From NCBI GenBank assembly GCA_963749495.1, contig CAVVMW010000010.1, positions 160,001 through 224,000 on the forward strand: 64,000 nucleotides of DNA, read 5' to 3'. Below the pieces are notes generated by a model. That model searched no databases and was not told where the DNA came from. It worked only from the letters and a program-made list of their open reading frames with translations. The stretch is from an uncultured bacterium. Lineage in GTDB: Bacteria; Verrucomicrobiota; Verrucomicrobiia; Limisphaerales; UBA8199. Below, piece after piece: positions 58,319 to 64,000 of the stretch. The first letter of the stretch is position 1; each line of letters starts with the position of its first letter. The translations under genes were made by a program, and so were the position numbers.

Positions 58319-61300
58319 ATGACTGCCCACCAATCGAGTTGGGACCGATGGCCCGGAGAGAAGGCGAGCCGCCATTGGGTGAAAGGCGCGGTCTTCAGCC
58401 TCGGGTTCATCTTCTTCTGCCGGTCCCTGGGCGCAGGGTCGCTGGTCGAACCGCTGCGCCACGCCCAATACGATTTCTGGCAGGCCTCCGATGGTTTGCC
58501 GAATCACAATGTCGTTTCCGTGGCGCAGACAGCGGATGGGTATATCTGGGCAGGCACCATCGGCGCCTCCAACAGCCTCGTTCGATTTAACGGGAAGGAG
58601 TTTGTCCAGGCGATCAAGCTAGGGCGTGGCCGGGACGAAGGCGGGGCCTGCGTGGCGCCGGGAAAGAACGGCCGGCTGTGGGTCTCCAAGACGCTCGACA
58701 AAGGCGGCTTGCTGCGTTGGGAGCACGGGAAAGCCACGTCGATGGACCTGGATCTGCCTCATGCCGCCGAGTGGGACATTCCTTTGTATGAGGATCCGCA
58801 GGAGAACCTTTGGATCGGCGGACAAGGATTGCTGGTTCGCACTCCGGAGGGCCGGGTTAAGGATTTCCGTTCGCTCACCAACCGATATGGGCTGATCCGC
58901 TGCATCGCCGCGGACAAGCAGGGCGCGATTTGGCTGGCCACGGGCAATGGCTTGGCGCGCTGCCGCAACGATGTGTTTGACCAGCCGTACACGCTCACCA
59001 ACACCTTGCGCACGGTCTGCCCGAGCCGCGACGGGAGTTTATGGTTAGGCGGCGAGACAGGGCTCATTCAGATCACCCCGTCGAGAGAGACGGTTCGCTA
59101 CTCGCAAGCCCAGGGCTTTACCTCAAAGGGAGTTGCGGCGATCTGCGAAGACTTGGAATCCAACATCTGGATAGGCACATACTCGGGCCTGTGTTGTGTG
59201 AAGGAGCGCAGGGTGTATCCGGTACAGGAGCACGACTTGAAAACCGCCTACATTTTCTGCCTGATCTGCGACCACGAAGGAAGCCTCTGGGCAGGGACCG
59301 CCGACGGCCTGTATCGTGTGCGGGATAATCCTTTCGAGTATTACGGACCGGCGGACGGGCTCGGCCCGTGAACACCTTGTGTGCGGGACCGAGCGGGCTT
59401 TGGGCGTCCGTTTACGTGCGCGGCCTTTTCTTGTATCGGGAGCATGCCTGGGAACCTACCGGAATCAGCGAGAAAATGGGAGCGGACAACCTGATCGAGT
59501 TTCCTAGAGGCGAATTGTGGTTGTCCGTTGATCGCCAATGCTATCAATTCCGGAACGGACAAAACGAGATCCTCGGGGACATCAACGGGGACATGCGGTT
59601 TTGCGCGGATGGTCAAGGGGTATGGATCATCACCGGCACTGGTCTTTGGCATTCCCATAGGGGGGAGGCGCCCAAGCGGGTTGACAGTTGGCCGTTCATG
59701 GAGATTACCGCGGTGGCGGCCAATACAGGGGGAGGACTGCTGATCGGCACAACTCAAGGGGTCAGCCGATGGGCGGGACAACTCATTCCGTGGCTTCGGT
59801 TTGATGCTGATTTTCCAGGCAACCGCGCCAACAGCCTGGAATGGGAAGGCGAATCCCTGTGGCTGGCCTCCGACGTCGCCATTGGCCGCTATCAGGCGGG
59901 CCAGTGGCAGGTGATTCGCCCGGAAGCCGGTTTGGCGGAGACGGGCGGGATCAACAACCTCCTGGTCGATCGCCAGAACCTGTGGCTGGGATGCTTCAAG
60001 GGCCTGTTCCGGATCAGCCGGGCGCAGGTCGAAGGTTGTTTGCGCGGCGCCATCGGCCAGGCCAGCGTCGTCCAATATGACAGGACCCAGGGGGTGCGCC
60101 CGGGTTATTTTGGCTCCGGGGCTTGGGGTCAGGGCACCGCTCGAGACGCCGAGGGGAAGTTGTGGTTCACATCGAAGAACGGCGTCGTGGCGATCAATAC
60201 CGCGATCGCCTTGAATACGGGAGCCCCTCCGGTGGTGGTTGAGAGCGTCAGACTCAATCAAAAGCCTGTGCCCTCGTTGCCCGAACCGACGGAGCCGCCT
60301 CTCCGTGTGGCGGCGGGGATGCGCAGTGTGGAGATCACCTGCGCCGCCCTGACTTTCATTGCCCGGGAAAAGGTGCGGTATAAATACCGTTTGCTGGGAT
60401 TGGCTCCCAACTGGGTGCAGGCAGGTCAAACCAACGTGGCCCGCTACGGCAAACTGCCGCCCGGCGGCTACGAATTTCAAGTCGCCGCGTGCAACAGCGA
60501 CGGCGTTTGGAATGAGGAAGGCGCCCGTGTGAGGTTCGTGCAGAACCCCTTTTTCTATCAAACCCGCGTGTTTCTCCTCTTGTGGAAAGTGGCGGCGGCC
60601 GTCCTTTTTCTGGGACTGGCGGCCGCGGCGACGGCGGTGGCTCACAGGATTTCAACCCGCAAAATGCGCCGGCGTTTGGCACTCATCGAGGCCCAGCAGA
60701 GTCTGGACCGCGAACGCACGCGCATCGCGCGTGACATCCACGACGACCTCGGCTCGACCCTCACCCGGATTGTGATGCTCACCGAGTTGGGCCGGCGCGA
60801 ACCTGAGCGGACCCACACCCCGGATGGCCACTTGACGGCCATTCAGACCGCCGCCCGGGAGATCACGCGCCGCTTGGATGAAATCGTGTGGGCCATCAAT
60901 CCCCGGCATGACACGCTGGAGGCGCTGGTCACCTATATCGGCAAGATGGCCACCGACCAGGCCCGCGCCGCGGGACTGCGCTGTCGCATGGATTTTCCGC
61001 CCAACCTGCCGGTCTGGCCGTTGACCAGCAACGCGCGCCACAGCCTCTACCTGGCCTGTAAGGAGGCTGTCCACAACGCCATCAAACACGCCGAGCCCAG
61101 CGAACTGCGGCTGCGATTGGTCATCCAAGAAGATCGGTTGCTGCTCGAGATTTCCGATAACGGCGCGGGTTTGCCCGCGGACATGGACCCAAAGGCGGGT
61201 GACGGCCTTCAAAATCTTCGAGAACGGCTGGCCACGCTGGGGGGGACGTGCCAGATTCGCAGCGCGCCGGGAGAGGGCACCATCGTCACCTTCAGCCTGC

Positions 61301-61338
61301 CCCGGCGAACCCCTCACCCCAGCCCTCTCCCCTTCTGA
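58319..61338 (+). CDS. Beta-propeller/Y_Y_Y sensor histidine kinase, HisKA_3 type (1-nt deletion near 59368)
   Basis: Reg_prop repeats (D.EG.LW.GT), YKYRL.G...LPPG.Y.FQV.A.N, TM helix, ER.RIARDIHDDLG, EAVHN..KHA, DNG.G. Confidence 0.9.
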
Positions 61339-61395
61339 GGCATTATTGTCCACCAAACAGGGGACTTGCTCCACGTGACTTTCCGACGCTAACCT

Positions 61396-62074
61396 ATGCG
61401 AATGCAAGCTGAGAATCCGTCCACACCGGGCCCGGTGGGGAGCGAGAAGAAAATCCGGGTGACCATTGTGGAGGACGACGCCAAATTACTCGAAGACGCT
61501 GGCGCGTTTGATCGGCACGGACCGCGAGTTCGAGTTCCTGGGCGGTTTTTCGACGACCGCCGCCGCCCTGGAGGGCATCCCGCGGCTGAACCCGGATATT
61601 GTGATCATGGACATCAACCTGCCAGATATTGACGGCGTGGAATGCGTGCGCCTGCTCAAGGAGATCTGCCCGCGCCCGCACGTCCTCATGCTCACCGTCT
61701 ATGAAGATGCCGATGCGGTCTTTAGCGCGTTGCGGGCAGGCGCCACAGGCTACCTGCTCAAACAGACCCCCTTCGGTGAAGTCCTCGGCGCGCTCCGCGA
61801 AATCTATGAAGGCGGCTCACCGATGAGCAGCCACATCGCGAGGAAGGTAGTGCAATCGTTCCAGGAAACCGGCGACGCCAATCGGGAGGTCGGCACGCTC
61901 TCCCAACGAGAGGGTGAGGTGCTTCAACTCATCGCCCAAGGCTATCTTTTCAAAGAAATCGCCGACAAACTCGGCGTCAGTTACGGCACGGTCCACACCT
62001 ACAGCCGCCGCATCTACGAGAAGCTTCAGGTCCGTTCGCGCGCCCAGGCCGCCGCCAAGTTCAACAGGAAATGA
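61396..62074 (+). CDS. NarL/LuxR family response regulator (1-nt insertion near 61484)
   Basis: IVEDD, IMDINLP, GYLLK and LuxR HTH; alternative start at 61402. Confidence 0.9.
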
Positions 62075-62122
62075 CCCGTGCCCTCGTTTGCCGCCACCGT
62101 GGCAACCGTTCAGGGGGGGACG

Positions 62123-62240
62123 CGTGGGGCAGACCTCCGGTCTGCCGGTTGCAGGGGCCTCTGGCCCCGAGGCTCGCAACTGCAAGGGACACGGAGCCGG
62201 AGGCTCCGTGAACCGGCAGACCAGAGGTCTGCCCCACACG
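62123..62240. repeat. REP palindrome family F
   Basis: gtggggcagacctccggtctgccggtt...aaccggcagaccagaggtctgccccac. Confidence 0.85.
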
Positions 62241-62384
62241 TGAACAGTTACCACGCTGTATACCATTTAGGCGACAAGACGCGCGGTCATGAGGCTGGTA
62301 AGCTCCCTGCAAATCTGGAACACGGTCGTCCGCGAGTGGACCGTCGTGGTGCATGGGTTTGTAAACATCAAATCAATAACGTAA

Positions 62385-64000
62385 ATGAAGCAAAAACACT
62401 CTGTCTTCTTTCTGGGTATTCTCCTCACGGCCTGCCTGGGCGCCGCCCAGGCGCAAACCACGCAATCCTTCAGTCCAGGTTTCCTTAAATTGGAGGTCTG
62501 GACCAACTGCCCGGGAACGGCCGTCGATGATTTGCGGGCATGGCCCAATTATCCGGCAAGTCCGGACGAGGTTCACTACGTGCCTCAGTTCGAAATACCT
62601 CCCAACAAGTATATTAGCGGCAATAGCGGGGGCACCGCGCAGGGCGAAAAATTGAGCGGTTTCATTGTCCCTGCCGTGACGACCAACTATATCTTCTACA
62701 TGAGCGCAAACATTGCCGGTGAACTCTGGTTATCCACCGATGACACCCCCGCGAACCTTCAATTGATCGCGCAGGCTAACAACGACAGGCCCGGGCGAAG
62801 CTATGATCTCAACACCCCTTCGGGCACCGTTTCGCTCGTCGCCGGCCAGCGGTACTATGTCGAAGCCCTCCAGAAATCCTCCCCAACCGGCGCCGGCGAA
62901 GAGAATATGGCCGTCACCTGGACCTTGGATACCGATCCACCGCCCCAACCCGGGGCTGACCCCATCTCCGGCCAGTTCCTGGGAATTCTCACCGCGACAG
63001 ACACGACTCCGCCCGCGGCTGTGACCAATTTGGCGGTCAACCCCAACCTGGTTGGCGCTTCCTCCATGTCGGTGGACTGGACCGCCCCGAACGACCCGGG
63101 CAACACCAACCCCGTGGCCTATTATGATTTGCGCTATTCCACGCAGCCTATCACGTCCAACAACTGGGCAAGTGCCACCCAGGTGAACACGGTCTTTTAC
63201 TTTGGCATGCCCGCGGGCACGGCGCAAACCCTCAAGGTGGGCTCACTCGCTCAGAGCACCACATATTACTTTGCCATTCGCTCGGAGGACGCGGCCGGCA
63301 ATGTATCGCAGCTTTCCAACATCGCATCCTTTAAGACCTCAAGGGTCACCAATGGCATGAATGTCCTTTGGGACCTTGAATTCCCCGTTGACGGAGCCGA
63401 TCCGACCGTCAATGGCGACTGGATAAGCCGCGGAGGCGACCTTCCCGCCGCAACCTGGGCGACACTCGTGGCGGGTGGCATCCTGACAACCCCCGCCTGG
63501 AGTCCGATCCTGGACACTCGGCCCTTTGATAATTTTAACACTCCGTGGATCGTCGAAGTGGTGTGCAAATGTGTCGGCGTGGTCGATCCGCCTGATGCAG
63601 CCGGATGGAGCGGCGCCAACTTCTTTAACAACATGGATACCCGCAGCGATGGTTATTACAGCCAGTTCTCCTTCGCGCTGGCATTGCTGGCCGATGGCAC
63701 CCAAGCGTTGACGTTCAACGTTGACAATGGCCTTATCGCCACCTACCCCGGTCTGTCCGCCGACTTCCATGACATCCGTGTGGAAGTGGATACGACCAAC
63801 CAATTGTTCACAACGTTTATCGATTCGACAAACATGGGGACCAACGCTTATACCCGGAGCATGGGAAAGGGTAATGGCAATCCCGGGCCCTACGCCTCGG
63901 TCCTTGGCTGGGCTTATGCTGCCCAGTGGAAGTCTGTTAAAATTGGCGTGCCCGCTGCTCCGCCACCCCCGACGCTCCAGATCACCCGGACCGGGAGCAG
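62385..64000 (+). CDS. Secreted PA14 + fibronectin type III domain protein (runs off the window)
   Basis: My translation: MKQKHSVFFLGILLTACLGAAQA signal; SGFIVP..T.NY.F...ELWLS PA14-like; DTTPPAAVTNL...WTAP...YYFAIRSED.AGN.S FN3. Confidence 0.85.
   Translation, partial: MKQKHSVFFLGILLTACLGAAQAQTTQSFSPGFLKLEVWTNCPGTAVDDLRAWPNYPASPDEVHYVPQFEIPPNKYISGNSGGTAQGEKLSGFIVPAVTTNYIFYMSANIAGELWLSTDDTPANLQLIAQANNDRPGRSYDLNTPSGTVSLVAGQRYYVEALQKSSPTGAGEENMAVTWTLDTDPPPQPGADPISGQFLGILTATDTTPPAAVTNLAVNPNLVGASSMSVDWTAPNDPGNTNPVAYYDLRYSTQPITSNNWASATQVNTVFYFGMPAGTAQTLKVGSLAQSTTYYFAIRSEDAAGNVSQLSNIASFKTSRVTNGMNVLWDLEFPVDGADPTVNGDWISRGGDLPAATWATLVAGGILTTPAWSPILDTRPFDNFNTPWIVEVVCKCVGVVDPPDAAGWSGANFFNNMDTRSDGYYSQFSFALALLADGTQALTFNVDNGLIATYPGLSADFHDIRVEVDTTNQLFTTFIDSTNMGTNAYTRSMGKGNGNPGPYASVLGWAYAAQWKSVKIGVPAAPPPPTLQITRTGS

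Noticed and set aside
1..64000. CRISPR array
   Set aside because: No repeat of constant length with unique, regularly sized spacers and no cas genes; the repeats are REP/STR types.

Overview
GC-rich bacterial chromosome segment. Gene content and repeat style suggest Verrucomicrobiota (Pedosphaera-like); this is an inference. (1) A 9.76-kb tyrosine-integrase element (1711-11511) sits in tRNA-Leu(UAA). It duplicates the 5' half of the tRNA rather than the usual 3' half. It carries a Xis-like HTH, an AEP primase-SF3 helicase, a putative iteron origin, a Spo11/TopoVI-A-like toprim gene and a LamG cargo gene. (2) Housekeeping and carbohydrate genes: polyprenol-P-mannose synthase, OPT transporter, tatA/tatC, manA-type isomerase, accA, pgl, zwf and several hydrolases. 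(3) Small defence or toxin-antitoxin modules: MNT-HEPN, Uma2, a HEPN remnant and a PtuA/PtuB-like ATPase-HNH pair. (4) A beta-propeller sensor kinase and two NarL regulators, each regulator upstream of a large secreted lectin-like gene that shares a candidate operator. (5) Many REP-like palindromes, short tandem repeats and MITE-like shells. The strongest unexplained signals are a stand-alone ~180-nt pseudoknotted ncRNA candidate with its own promoter and terminal hairpin (44206-44388, minus), a tRNA acceptor-strand copy near the left att site, and heptamer arrays inserted in frame in pgl that pair with an inverted copy upstream of the gene. About nine short indels, mostly in homopolymer runs, split genes and are probably sequencing or assembly errors. 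All family assignments come from motif recognition; no searches were run.
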